A DNA stretch of 64,000 nt, from NCBI GenBank assembly GCA_030390025.1, contig CM059431.1:112778001-112842000 (forward strand), given 5' to 3'. How positions within the stretch are numbered: the stretch's first letter is position 1; the number at the start of each line of letters is the position of its first letter. This document shows positions 12,620 through 25,110 of the stretch, piece by piece. A program made the position numbers and the translations under genes. The notes under the pieces are model-generated. The model ran no database searches. It was not told where the DNA came from and saw nothing but the letters and a program-made list of their open reading frames with translations. This DNA comes from Squalus acanthias (taxonomy: Eukaryota).

Positions 12620-13320
12620 CTTTTTTATTCGTATATGGGATGTGGGTGCCGCTGGCAAGGCCAGCATTTATTGCCCATCCCTAATTACCCTCGAGAAGGT
12701 GGTGGTGAGCCGCCTTCTTGAACCACTGCAGTCCGTGTGGTGAAGGTACTCCCACAGTGCTGTTAGGGATGGAGTTCCAGGATTTTGACCCAGCGACGAT
12801 GAAATTTCGGCGATATGCTTCTAAGTCAGGCTGGTGTGTGACTCGGAGGGGAACTTGGAGGTGGTGGCATTCCCATGCGCCTGCTGCCCTTGTCCTTCTA
12901 GGTGGAAGAGGTCGCGGGTTTGGGAGGTGCTGCCGAAGAAGCCTTGGCGAGTTGCTGCAGTGCATCTTGCAGATGGTGCACACTGCAGCCACAGTACGCC
13001 GGTGGTGGAGAGTGTGAATGTTTAAGGTGGTGGATGGGGTGCCAATCAAGCGGGTTGCTTTGTCCTGGATGGTGTCGAGCTTCTGAGTGTTGTTGGAGCT
13101 GCACTCATCCAGGCAAGTGGTGAGTAATCCATCACACTCCTGACTTGTGCCTTGTAGATGGTGGAAAGGCTTTGGGAGTCAGGAGGTGAGACACTCGCCG
13201 CAGAATACCCAGCCTCTGACCTGCTCTTGTTGCCACAGTATTTATGTGGCTGGTCCAGTTCAGTTTCTGGTCAATGGTGACCCCCAGGATGTTGATGGTG
13301 GGGGATTCGGCGATGGTAAT
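12620..13320 (-). mobile_element. Non-LTR retrotransposon 3' end (CR1/Jockey supergroup, clade uncertain)
   Basis: NILGVTIDQKLNWTSHINTVA RT C-terminus, A-rich tail; same family as 32768-33674. Confidence 0.8.
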
Positions 13321-13589
13321 ACCTCCTACTCTTACCTTCATCGTTACCAGGATCCCAAAACTTTGGAATTTACCTTGGTCAGACTTTTCTTCAAAACAAT
13401 CTTTTAAAACGAAAGTCTGGCATCACCTAATCACAAACTCCTAACTCGCCTTACCTCGTACTTCAGCAGTGTCTTCATTATGGACCTTGGCCTTTTACCT
13501 TGGTTTTGCAACAAAAGAAATCCTACATACCACTGCTGCACTAAAAGCACTCACCAAACTGCTATCCTACCTCAAACTTCCATATTGTT

Positions 13590-13752
13590 GTTACATTCAG
13601 CCCATCAAATCATTCAATCACACCATGGCTAATCTGTACCTCAACTCCCATTTACCCACCTTTGCTCCATACCCTTACCCAACAAAAATCTATCGATCAG
13701 TCTTGAAAATTTCAATTGATGCAGCATCCATAGCCTTTTGGAGGAGAGTATT
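13590..13752 (-). mobile_element. Old CR1 3' end fragment
   Basis: Reverse complement resembles CR1 3' UTR (...GTTGAGGTACAGATTAGCCATGGTGTGATTGAATG...). Confidence 0.6.
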
Positions 13753-13830
13753 TTAAACTCTCTAGAATGTTAAATGACAGCCAAAGCAAATTTAGGAAAC
13801 AAAAAAATTTTATGACCAAAATCAAGTTAC

Positions 13831-14027
13831 CTGAATAGGTTGGCAAGCATGGCTGCCGTTACTGGTAAGAATTGCTGACACAGCCTGTAGAATCTTGCCT
13901 GTATCTCCCCAAGCAACTACCAAACTGAAGAGGCAGGCACAAGATAAAGCGGTCAGTGACTGGCTGATATTGTCTGCCATTCCAGTGCTTCTTATTGTTG
14001 TTTCTAACAATAAGTGGAAGAGAGATT
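13831..14027 (-). CDS. MYCBP2: MYCBP2 coding exon 5 (197 nt, ESLFHLLLE...NGSHACQPIQ)
   Basis: SLTALSCACLFSLV..WG.TG..LQA.SAILT.NGSHACQ matches human; acceptor ccgcAG, donor CAG|GTAAC. Confidence 0.97.
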
Positions 14028-15323
14028 CTGCGGACAAAATCACATTAAGCGTCGATTAAGACTCATACTACTAGGACATGAATGGCTCAATGTATCATTT
14101 TGTGGCTATTCTGAGTCAAATAAATATCAGATCTTTCACTTTCACCCATAAACGGCATCTCAGAAATATTGAGGGAAACCGCTTCTCGCCACCCCCCCCC
14201 CCGCACCCCTTAAATTATTTTTGAGTTTACCATGGACACGGACCAGAGAGAAAGAGACAAGAAAGACACCTGCTCTCAGGCTTCCAATTAAATTACTAAA
14301 ACCAGGATTTATGCAATCATAGTCCCGGAATTCTCTCTTTTCTCACCAAGTGCCCACTGTCAACATAGTATTCCCCCACGATGACACTGCTGAGACCAGG
14401 AATTCAGGGATGTAGGGGAATAGTGTGAAAGTGGGATGCTATAATTCACTTAACACATATACCATACGGCCATTCAGGAATACTGAAGTGGATACCGTCT
14501 CGTATTATTGAAAGACAGTTATCTATATTTTACCCATATGGAAAATCAGAATGTAAACTTGTGAAATATGCTATTTATAATTTAACGCAAGTTTTAAAAA
14601 GTGGGGGAAAAAAATCAAAATAGCCAACTTGTTTCTCTTGTGCAGCAGCAGCCATGAACAAGTCACACCACATTAAATGAAGGGTTTTACACAATGGAAA
14701 ACAAAATTTACTACTTTTTTTCAACCAGTTTACATTTGGCATTATACAACTTTGGCAACTAATTGAAGCTTCAGTAACACTTCAAAACTCTGGTAATTTT
14801 CTTCCTTCTTACCACATGACATGCACTGAATATCACAAAAATGTACATAATAATCTACATTATGGATCACTAACTTAGCTCTACTGCATTGCTTCGTTCA
14901 TGAAGCCTGACACTTGAACCTGCCTCAATTCTGATATGTTTAGGAAGTTCCCATTAGAACTACTCGGTGGAATCGTTCAGAATACCAGAGGATTCCATCC
15001 AACAGGACAGGAAAATAGATATGTCTGTAAAGCACAGGGCAACACTGACAGTAATCATGGACATGTTTGCTCCACTGCCCAAGATGAAATAGCCTTCATG
15101 AATACTAGCAGGTGTGTAGGCAAAGGGGGAGGGGAGGGGATTGTTAAAATATAAATGCAATCAATAATTTTTGCTACAAATATACAGCCAACCACTCCTC
15201 ATGTGAGGCATACATCTAGCTGTACAGAACAGTCTTATCAGACAATCCAATTAATGTTTTGCTAAATTGTTAAATTTTCAAATATCTCAATAGATCCAAA
15301 ACTTAGCTTGTTATTAACCTTAC

Positions 15324-15477
15324 CTAGAACATCTGGTGGTTCTGACTGGAGACCTTCCGGCTGTTGCCCCTGAAGCATGTCGAGTAGAGCCTGTAAACTT
15401 CTCAGACACAGTGCAGGATGAGAGAACCTAGTCTCTTTTATAAGCTCAAATACACCACAAAGCCCAATTCCTATGAT
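15324..15477 (-). CDS. MYCBP2: MYCBP2 coding exon 4 (154 nt, IIGIGLCGVFELIKETRFSHPALCLRSLQALLDMLQGQQPEGLQSEPPDVL)
   Basis: Hand-translated (absent from ORF track); acceptor aacAG, donor G|GTAAG; phase 1 fits exon 5. Confidence 0.97.
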
Positions 15478-17019
15478 CTGTTAACACAAGAATTAATACA
15501 ATTGCATACTTACGAGTAACAATGAATACATGGCAGCTGTGTTTAAGTTTCCTATGGGAGGCAAATGCATTTACTCTTGCCACAATTCAAACTATTGTAC
15601 ATACTAGTAGGTCTCTCCAAGCATTGCTCATTGCAAATCAGAGAACAGACTGTTTTACAAAGACAGAAGCATGATATGATGTGATGACTAACAGGGAGCA
15701 GGGTCTCTGAGGCCACAAGGTGTAATTATTTCTACAGGTCACTTTAATGGTGGTATTGTGAAATGCGTCTTTTTAAAAAAAAAAAATGATCTCAAACAAT
15801 ATTTCCAGTATTAAGCTTACCGGAGAAACATAGGCGGCAGATGAAAGGATTTTCAAAAAACACTAATTTGGAATCATTTGATTGGTTCCTTTTTAGATTG
15901 CTATTTGCTTGCTGAATGCCAAGCTTTGATTGGAAGTACTGATTATTAATTCCCATTGCAGCTGGCCATAAGTTAATTAGTGCATTCCATACCTGTTCAG
16001 TTGCGATTTGTCACTGCTTTGTGAATATAAAACTTCAAAAAAATCAAGTACATTTTTCATTTTGCATGAACTACACATTGTGTCTGGGAAGATTAGGTAT
16101 TATATATAAAAAAAATTCTAGCAAATACAATCTCAAGATAAATCTTATCATAAAGATGAATGCATTGATTAAGATTCAGACAGATCTATTGCAATCAATG
16201 TCTTACGGTTACTTTAAGTTAAAAAAAAAATTCCCGCCGCCTCCTTCCCCACCCATGAGCTTTCAGTTTTCTTGATCAGGAAACAGACATCAAGCATTTT
16301 TGCATCAATCATGAAAGCAGTTTTACACTCCGAATTTGCGTCCATGGCCGGATAGCCCAACACTCATTTTACTTGAAATAATTTACAGCCAGAAAAGAAT
16401 GCCTGCATAGTGTGGCCATTCTGCTCTCTCCTCAGCCAAAACAGGCACAAAATGCAACTTTCTTAATTGCCAATTTGTTGCTTCTGTCAAAAGATGTAGA
16501 GATTGGCAGCCACTCAAACAAGTCTACCTTGGACTTCGTATAGAATTGGCTGGAATGTTTATTGGCAGCACCTAATTTGCGACTAAGGACAATAGATGTC
16601 ACCGGTGTAGATGCAGCACTGACAAAATGAAAACCATCATATTTCAGGACCAATCTTATCAGTATTTAGTAACTAACTAATGGATCTCTTCCAGCTTTGC
16701 CTATGGAGAGTCAAGACAAAGCAAATTTCCCTCAGTGTACATTAGTGATTCTATATGTATATGAATTTGTAGCTTCTGGAGCTTATGAAACTCCATCTAA
16801 TGGCAGCAGTATGCAACTGCAAGTGTGACTGTCACAGAATGGTGATGGCCAAATAAGGAGTGCACAACATACATGACAAATTAATTAGATAGATGTTGCT
16901 CATTACCAAAACGCTCAATATAATTAAAAAGAAACTGAAATGATGCACTATAGCATTACATCTGAAAGCAATTAAGTTCAATTCATCAACACTTCAATCA
17001 ATAGAATTTAGCCGCTTAC

Positions 17020-17235
17020 CTTGGGTAGCTTAATTGGAGGCTCCCTCGATTCCTCTTCCTCATCACTGTCTGACTCTCCACTCTGGATAGAATTCTTTGA
17101 GGCCAAAGTCAGGGAGGCTTCTTTCCGCTGCCATTCCAGCACACACTGACGTACATTGCAGTAAACATTGAAGGCTGAGGGGTTACTATGGACTTTGATA
17201 TCTGGAATAGGTGACGCATTTTCCAAATTCTCTGT
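17020..17235 (-). CDS. MYCBP2: MYCBP2 coding exon 3 (216 nt, TENLEN...EPPIKLPK)
   Basis: HSNPSAFNVYCNVRQCVLEWQ...SGESDSDEEEESREPPIKLPK near-identical to human; acceptor tttttcctttAG, donor AAG|GTAAG. Confidence 0.97.
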
Positions 17236-17559
17236 CTAAAGGAAAAAGCCATAGTTCAGAATCATACTGCAGCTCGAATCATAGAATTGTTTATCAGTAA
17301 TAATGAAAATCCTTAAGCACATTTTATGGCTCATGACCAATGCTTATCAAAAAGAGCACAAATATCATTAGCTGTAATCAGCATAGGTTATGCCTCGCAA
17401 ATATACTGGATGTAGAGTGGACAAGAAGTATCCAGCAAATATAACTGAGTTGGGATTTTCAGTGGGTATTTGGCAACTTCTTTATGGAGGTCTTCAAAAC
17501 TGCTGTTCCCTGAGTATTAATCTTGTTTAAGTAGCTGAATTGAAAACTGGCATCGCATT

Positions 17560-18400
17560 AGAAAGCAGGTGGCAATTGGAATCGACTCTGGTGTGATGGA
17601 CAGCAATGACTAGCGTAGCTCTGCAGTGTTGGGTCACTTGGTTTTTATATTATTCATAAAAAGGGAAGGGTACTTCTTGCATTATAAAATGTATTCATGT
17701 CACCAAGCTAGTCAGGTGGCCAGTGTAAGGAAGACAGAATATTACGAGAAATCTGGACAAATTAAGCAGATAAATTTAAACGCGACTTTCAATGGAAGGT
17801 AATGCATATCAGTACAGGAAACATGAAACAGGCACACAACCGATTAGTTTGTTTTGTAAACTGTCCATTGACAAAGATGGAAAAAGAAAAGAATGAGTGT
17901 AACTGACTGCAAGTTTACTGCAAGTATCCAGTACATGTGAAGTACTTATTGACAATGATAATCAAGTATTCAGATACACATGAATGATTTTTGACTTAGC
18001 ATTTTAACATGAGATGGAACAACATTTAATCTTTGTTACCCTATTTTCAAAAGGGTCAGGGAAAAATTACCAAGGATATTTTTAGAACTTGAGCCAAAAA
18101 TGATATGGCTCAGAACTGAAATCGTATTCACTGCCAAGAGAACATGGGACAAGATCTTTAAAATGAAATGTAGATCGAAAGAGGTTATTTAATTTAGATC
18201 ATGATTGCACAACTTAAAAAGGACACAAGCACAATTAACAGGCCTCAAGCAAGACAAAAGATTGGAATCCTTTTTACAAAATACTAGATATATGCACAAG
18301 ACTTCAGATAAATGTACCATGTTCAACAGCTGTTAATGAATTCCAAAAGAACTGGCTAAAATGTTTGAATAACAGGATTGAAGATTAGAAAGGTGACTAT
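17560..18400 (+). mobile_element. Ancient CR1-like LINE remnant
   Basis: Degraded SVLGPL.F.LFI and TKL.G type RT nucleotide motifs in collinear order. Confidence 0.4.
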
Positions 18401-19308
18401 AAACACAAACAGACTCACAACACAATGGTTCTGACACGACAAGACCATGGATCACCTGTGAAGCCGGTCAGAGTTGAATAGTGTAAGCTCACGGTTAGAC
18501 TAATAACATGCAAGTTTGCCTAATTAACTTGGCAGATGGGGTGAAATTATGCAGAAGTTTATACTCCTGAAAATAAACCTATAGTCAGTCATGGCTCAAG
18601 GAGGAGATTAAGACTACAATTATAAGGAGAACGCAAGCATAAGCGTTTTGACTGAGGAGACCCAGCAGAAATTCATGTGATTCAACGAGCTCTCGCGATT
18701 GGTACTGAAGTCTATTATTATTCCTATTGCACAGTGTATGGGAATGGAAATTACATCAAGTTATTTTGCATGTGGGGAAGATGTTAAAAGGTTAATGATC
18801 TCTCCAACGGTTAATGAACGCGACCAGGCAAATGGAAAACACTCAATACAAGGGTCATTCAGGATCTCTGTATTTTAAAGAGGAAATAGCGAATATGCCC
18901 AATTAGGACAAATGGGTGAATCACTGCCTTATTTTGCCAACCTTAAAAAAAGACTGATGCTTAACCTTTCCAATGATTAAAAGTTAAATACGTAAAGCAG
19001 CTAAGCTCGAAGCCACACCAACCTTCTACTTTCAACTTACATTGTCAACATTCTTAATTTCAGTATCTCTTCCATGTGAATGTATGACTCAGAGCACAGA
19101 TTGTACCCACAGTAATAATTTCATTCGCAGGCAATGGAAATTTTAATGAAATTACTGTGTTCATTTCTTAAAGATTTATTAATAAATTTTTCCCTCTGCG
19201 TTTCCTGCCATCTCCCCTAGTTCTTAAATGTCTTACTTTAAAAGCTTCAGGAAATTCATGGCATAGTAAAGTACAAGAAAAGGATAATTTTATTGAACAA
19301 AAAGAAAT

Positions 19309-20755
19309 AGCCCAGAGTCTACGTTAAGAATAACGGTGAGGCTAACAGCACTCACCTTGCGGAGTAAATTGGACAGCAACTTCTGGCGTCCGCACATGCG
19401 CAGTTGAACGCGGAAATCCGGAAGTTGCTCTCCAATCTGCCCTGCTCCTCCGCGAGCTTCGCTACACCAGCACCTCACCAAGAAACTCGGCATTCAAACA
19501 CATGAAGGGTGTGAAGTTGTGGTACTTACCCACTAAACACACCAGAAAAGTTAGCGATTGTGCATTCAAGTGTAAATGAATTTTTAAATGGTGTGATGTG
19601 TCAATTACTGCCAAACCACCTCTTTGGCATTTAAAATTTACTTAAAAAAATATGGAGCCTCATACCTTCAGATTTTAATTATTGTTGGCGATTCTCTTAT
19701 CTCTCTTAATCCCAATTTTCTTTCCCCCTCTATTTCGCTTTCTGTACATCATTGGGCATTGAAATATTGGCCCGAAAATTAGACCTAATACGAGAGAGTA
19801 CGCACTGTGTACTCTCGCGTATTAGGTCCCGAATTGCCGGTTTCCTGCATGCGCGGGAAACCGGCACTTCGTGTATTGCAAAGGGGGCGGTTCCTAAGTG
19901 AACCGCGTGCGCGCTACAGGCTGCGCGCACGCAGTGCACTTACTTTTTTTTTCAGGCTTGAACGCGCAGGTAAGTGGTGAAGATTTTACACATAAAGAAA
20001 GCAGGCGTAGGACCCCCTTTTAACAAGGTAAGTAGTTAATTAAGTGTTATTTTAATTTTTTTTCAACAGGTTTATCTTTTTTAGAGACTTTAAAGAAAGG
20101 TAAGTTTATTTTTATAACTTTTAAAAAGAATTTAAATTTTTTCAAAAATTTAATTTTTTGTTTAAAGTGGTTAATTTATTTAACTATAGTTATTTTATTA
20201 ATGTGATGGCTTTTTTTTTTTTAAATTTAATTGAGGTTTAGCTGTTCTTTTGGGGGCTTGTAGTATTCATAGCTTTGACAGCCCTTGCTGTCAAAACTAT
20301 GAATGAACGATGGTGTGCTGCCATTGGCTCTAACTGTCCCACGTGATCCCAGAGCTCGCATGAACTAATTGCACCTCTGGGACACGCAAGCACTGCACGC
20401 CGGCAACAGGGAGAGGCCCTCAAACTGAAGTTCATGTGGGCCCGAAACAAAAAGGTAGGCGCGGAGTGCGATATCGCGGGGAATCCTTACCCCCGCGGCA
20501 ACCATCGATGTTTAATTTCTGGGCCAATGTAACTTACACTCTGCGTGTCTCAGTAAGGATTCTTCAATCTGATTGGTTAAGGAACACACAGTTGCTTGCT
20601 CTGTTCACAGGTCCCAGATCCCTTGTAGAGGGCGCCGTGCTGTTTTGACTCTCTAATTATTGCAAGTCGCAGTGCAAAAGCCCGCAGAAAGTCTGTGGGC
20701 AAGTGTAATAAACGGCGCGCGCCGTTCGTTCGCCGCTGACCACAAATTCCAGACC
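19309..20755 (-). mobile_element. PIF/Harbinger-type MITE, family B, interrupted by nested family A copy
   Basis: Ends homologous (inverted) to 23400-24158; right end CTGACCACAAATTCCAGACC; flanks AAT/CAT. Confidence 0.7.
19769..20525 (+). mobile_element. PIF/Harbinger-type MITE, family A-related, nested
   Basis: TIRs GGCCCGAAAATTA / TAATTTCTGGGCC; flanks ATT/AAT; shares CCCACGTGATCCC and AAGGTAAGTTTATTTT with 7616 copy. Confidence 0.75.
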
Positions 20756-21182
20756 CATGTAGCTTTTCATGACAATTTAAAATTATCTAAAGGTTTTAAA
20801 GAAGTCATCCTTGAGTACAAACCAGTTGTCACAGTTTTTGATGCTCTACATTAAAAACTTAAGCTATTAGCGAAAGATAGCTTTCTGGGGGGGATGGGTG
20901 GCATATTAGTTATTTTTTTCTCTCCTATAGACTCTTCTACAAATTTGCAGCAGTAGTGTTGAATTCTGTATGGACATACAGTAGCATTAACTTAATTTTC
21001 TGGCACATTACACTTAGTCAGGTTAGTATGCAACTGTCAAATTAGTAAAAATTATTGTAGGCAGCAAGCAAAGTGTTTTGTTTGGGAGAACTTTTAAATT
21101 TATTAGGCTGTTTTTTCTTTTCAAAAAGAAAGATTGTCTTCTGTCGAAGTGTAAATGGTCCCAATGTACTTTTACCAAGGAG

Positions 21183-22330
21183 TATCATAGAATCATACAG
21201 CGAAAGAGGCCATTCAGCCCATCGTGCTTGTGCCAGCTCTTTGAAAGAGCAATGCGATTAGTCCCACTCCCCTGCTCCTTCCCCATAGCCCTGTAATTTT
21301 TTTCCCCCCCTTCAAGTATTTATCCAATTCCCTTTTGAAAGTTACTGTTGACTCTGCTTCCACCACCCTTTCGGGCAGTGCATTCCAGATCACAACTACT
21401 CATTGCATAAAAAGAAAATTCTTCATGTGGCCTCTGGTTCTTTTGCCAATCACCTTAAATCGGGGTCCTCTGGTTACCGACCCTTCTGCAACTGGAAATA
21501 GTTTCACCCTATTAACTCTATCAAAACCATTCATGATTTTAAACACTACTATCAATACTCTTCTTAACCGCCTTTGCTTTAAAGGAGAACAACCCCAGCT
21601 TCCCCAGTCTCTCCACAGAACTGAAGTCCCTCATCCCTGGTAGCATTCCAGCAAATCTCTTCTGCACCCTCTCCAAGGCATCGACACCCTTCCTAAAGTG
21701 TGGTACCCAGAATGGAACACAATACTCCAGCTGAGGCCTAATCAGCGTTTTATAAAGGTTTAGCATAACTTCCTTGCTTTTGTACTCTATTCCTCCAACA
21801 GCCTTCTCAACTTGTCCTGCCACCTTCAAAGACTTGTGTATGTGCACCCCCAGGTGTCTCTGTTCTTGCATCTCCTTTAAAATTGTACCATTTTTTCTCT
21901 CCTCATTCTTCCTACCAAAATGTATCACTTCACACTTCTCTGCATTAAATTTCATCCGTTATCTATCTGCCCATTTCACCAGTCTGTATGTCCTCCTGAA
22001 ATCTGTTCCTATCCTTCTCACTGTTTATTATTTCAGAGTTTCAGGTCATCTGCAAACTTTGAAATTATGCCCTGTATACCAAAGTCCAGGCCATTAATAT
22101 ATATCAAAAAGAGCAGTTGTTCAAATACCGACCCCTGGGGAACACCCCGCTACACTCCCCTCCAGTCTGAAAAGCAAGCGTTCACCACTACTCTCTGCTT
22201 TCTGCCGCTTAGCCAATTCCATATCCATGTTGCCACTATCCCTTTAATCCCATGGGCTTTAATTTTGCTTGCAAGTGGTACTTTGTAAATGCCTTTAGAA
22301 AGTCCATATACACAACATCAACCTTCAAAG
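21183..22330 (-). mobile_element. CR1 LINE 3' portion
   Basis: MKFNAEKCEVIHFG..RPQLEYC..ALERVQKRF peptides; ATTCTATG-type tail at 21184-21196. Confidence 0.88.
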
Positions 22331-22754
22331 AACTTTAAATCTAGAAGTACTCCCTCAGAAAGATAGTTTAAAAAATGTATATTATAGCACATGCTCTTTG
22401 ACAGTAGGATTTAAAAAGTAGCCCAATAAAAAGAAATCCTGTCGGATTCCCATGTTCTGGAATGGTCTTTGGGTTCACCATTCTTCTAGCCCAGTACTGC
22501 TTTATGCTGAGAAGTTATTCTCTTCTCTTTCCAGCACAATGGAAAGTTCCTTGCTCTTCATGTGGCATATCATAGAATAAACTTGCAATGTATATTTTTT
22601 GTAAAAGTAATGTTAGTCCATTGATGGCTGCCTTAGGTTTACTGTTCTGCCTCATTATAAAACTTTGCAAAGGCAACACACTTCCTTAAACAGATTTGAA
22701 AGAAATGAGAAGTCGCACAACACCAGGTTATAGTCCAACAGTTTTATTTAAAAT

Positions 22755-22790
22755 TACGAGCTTTCGGAGCTGCTGCTCCTTCGTCAGGTA
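22755..22790 (-). ncRNA. Minimal type-I hammerhead ribozyme motif (sense to MYCBP2 pre-mRNA)
   Basis: UAC-CUGACGA-A-GGAGC-AGCA-GCUCC-GAAA-GC-UC/GUA: conserved core boxes, 5-bp stem II, UAC:GUA stem I; activity untested. Confidence 0.7.
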
Positions 22791-22800
22791 GAGGTACCGC

Positions 22801-22836
22801 TACCTGACGAAGGAGCAGCAGCTCCGAAAGCTTGTA
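22801..22836 (+). ncRNA. Minimal type-I hammerhead ribozyme motif (second arm)
   Basis: UAC-CUGACGA-A-GGAGC-AGCA-GCUCC-GAAA-GC-UU/GUA; self-complementary AAGCUU at stem III. Confidence 0.7.
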
Positions 22837-23399
22837 ATTTTAAATAAAACTGTTGGACTATAACCTGGTGTTGTGCGACTTCTCATTTTTGTCCACCCCA
22901 GACCAACACCGGCATCTCCAGATTTGAAAGAACACCAACAGCTGTACCTAGATACAACTCAATGTATCTACTCCTGATCAGTATCCAGTGTTCCCTGTTG
23001 GAAATGCATGTGGGGATGAAGGAGGACCAATCAGGTTCAGTTTTAATGCACTCATGGTTAAACAGCCTGCCAACACTCGCCGTTAAACTCACATAATAAC
23101 CATACACCAAGAAGTCAGCGGCAATGGGAGAAAACCAACACAGAAAATTGGCAAAAGAATAAACGGCAAAATTTTAAAAATGGAGAAACATATCAAAGGG
23201 TAGGTAATCTTGCATCCCTCATTCAATTTTAAAATGAAAAATATACAACAAAAAAAAAGTACAGCATATGGAGATCTAGCTTAATACTGAAGCCACAGAA
23301 GCACTCATCTGGAGACTGCGCAGACAATAATGCTTTCTGAAATATTAAGCATAATGCCCAAACAGCGCTCTTGGAACGAACTGAATTTTACTTTATATT

Positions 23400-24158
23400 G
23401 GCCCGGAATTTGCGGTCAGCAGCGAAGCGAAGGTGTTCACTGCTGGCCCCGAAGTACGCTCCGCACAAGGATCGTGCGATCCCAGTGTCGAAAACTTTGG
23501 GTTTTCCAACCTTCAATTCAAATCAACGGAGGTTAGTGGGTATTCTCTTGTGCGAACTGCTGTGACTTCAACAGGCTGACTTAGCAGCCAATCAAAACGC
23601 AGAATTCTCACAGACAGCATACAAGGAAGTGACTAAGCTCTTAAAATTCTAACTTTTTAAAAATGTTAGACTGAGCAAAACAAAGATTGGGGCGCGCACC
23701 TGGGGAAAAAGGCAAACCTGAAAAAAAGATTTAAAATCTTTTTAAATTTTTGAAAAGTTTCTTAAATGTTTTCTGTTAAAACAGACAAATTTCACACTGC
23801 ACAAAATTAAAATTAGTTTTCCAGGCCCTTAACATTTGTTTAGCAGTCAATACACTATTAAAACCCCAGTTACAGCTAATCCCTTTAGGTCTAACTTTTA
23901 GTGGGGAATTCAACAGCGTACTTGCTGCGGAAGAGCTGAAGTTTATCATCAGTTTCCCTGATTTGGCTAATTACACTGATTGCCGGCTCTGGGGGGGTGG
24001 CGGGGCGCCACAGTGCAGCCTGTGGAGGAACAGTGAATGACTGCAACTTCCGCATTAGGCTGCGCATGCACCAAATCCCGAAGTTGCAGTCAGTTTCAAA
24101 GGCGGAATGACGGCAAACGCTGTCAGTTTGCTGCCGTCCTGACTGCAAATTCTGGGCC
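23400..24158 (+). mobile_element. PIF/Harbinger-type MITE, family B, 759 bp
   Basis: 20-bp TIRs GGCCCGGAATTTGCGGTCAG / CTGACTGCAAATTCTGGGCC (2 mismatches), exact 3-bp TSD ATT. Confidence 0.88.
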
Positions 24159-24699
24159 ATTACCTTGTAGCTTACTGGCAACAGAAAATGCAACGTAACT
24201 AGCCATTAAGTTGATCAAGACAGGTTTACTTAATATATTATTAAATGAAAACAACTACCCAAATTGGAATATATGCTTGGATCTCTCAAATCGAAGGCTC
24301 TGCAAAAGAAAGTAATGTTTTCTCTGCAGGAGAATTTCATGATAAGAGATTGCAGGACTAAAACTTTACTTGAGAAATTAAAATCAGATACAATTCCAGG
24401 CAGACATTTTGGGGGTGGTCTTAGGACCAACCTATCTAAATCTCAAATATGAAGTTGATTTACTAACACAACTTGAAGCTCACTAACTCAGCCAACACAA
24501 ATGAGCAGAACCAATATAGTAATCCTAAAGGTAATAAACTCAAAATCAGACATTGAATCAGGCATGTGTTTGTGAAGAGCAAGATGCAAATACTAGGTAG
24601 GCATTCCCATCTGTTTTACTTCTGAAACATTCATGAACCTGAACTGCCAACAAATTTTCTGCCAGAGATGGGAGATATGTTAGGTTGCAATAATATTAC

Positions 24700-25110
24700 A
24701 TGAATCTGTAACAGGGTGTAGCAGCTGGAATCAATAGAATAGCCTGGATCACACACCCAAAAATGGGTGTAAGTTGGTATCATTGCACCAAACCTTTTCC
24801 ACTTGCAATTATAAGCTTTCAATAGAGTGCTGACAACTGGAGAAGTTCTTCCATAATTAAAGGTGACTCACTCAGGAACAAGTCATGCAATGGAGTCCAA
24901 GAGGAGCTGCACTTCATCTGACCCTTCATGTTCCCATCTATTTACAGTTGGCTATGGATCAGTGTCAACAAAAAGAAACTGGTTTTCCTTAACCAATATT
25001 GGAGCTGGAGAGTGCACATAGGCCTCCTGTGTTCCCATGGAAACAACCCTGCCTTCCTCTAGCAGGTGTGTAATTGACTGTAAAATACCTGGCTACTAAG
25101 GTGTCCCGCC
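24700..25110 (-). mobile_element. Ancient RTE-like 5' end remnant
   Basis: Minus strand GRTSPVVSTLLKAYN...PGYS resembles RTE endonuclease N-terminus; very degraded. Confidence 0.3.

Larger units (their letters stand above)
22703..22920. mobile_element. Penelope-like element terminus in inverted (palindromic) arrangement
   Basis: 186-bp palindrome 22703-22888 centred on GGTACC with 2 mismatches, plus 3' extension; 14-bp direct repeat CAGATTTGAAAGAA at 22691-22704 and 22919-22932; hammerhead core and AATAAA in each arm. Confidence 0.85.

Noticed and set aside
15681-15710. GTGATGA...CTGA resembling a C/D box snoRNA
   Set aside because: Only 30 nt, no terminal stem, antisense to the host gene
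15865-16000. Paired ATTGG boxes as an intronic promoter
   Set aside because: Short motifs in AT-rich DNA with no CpG island or other support
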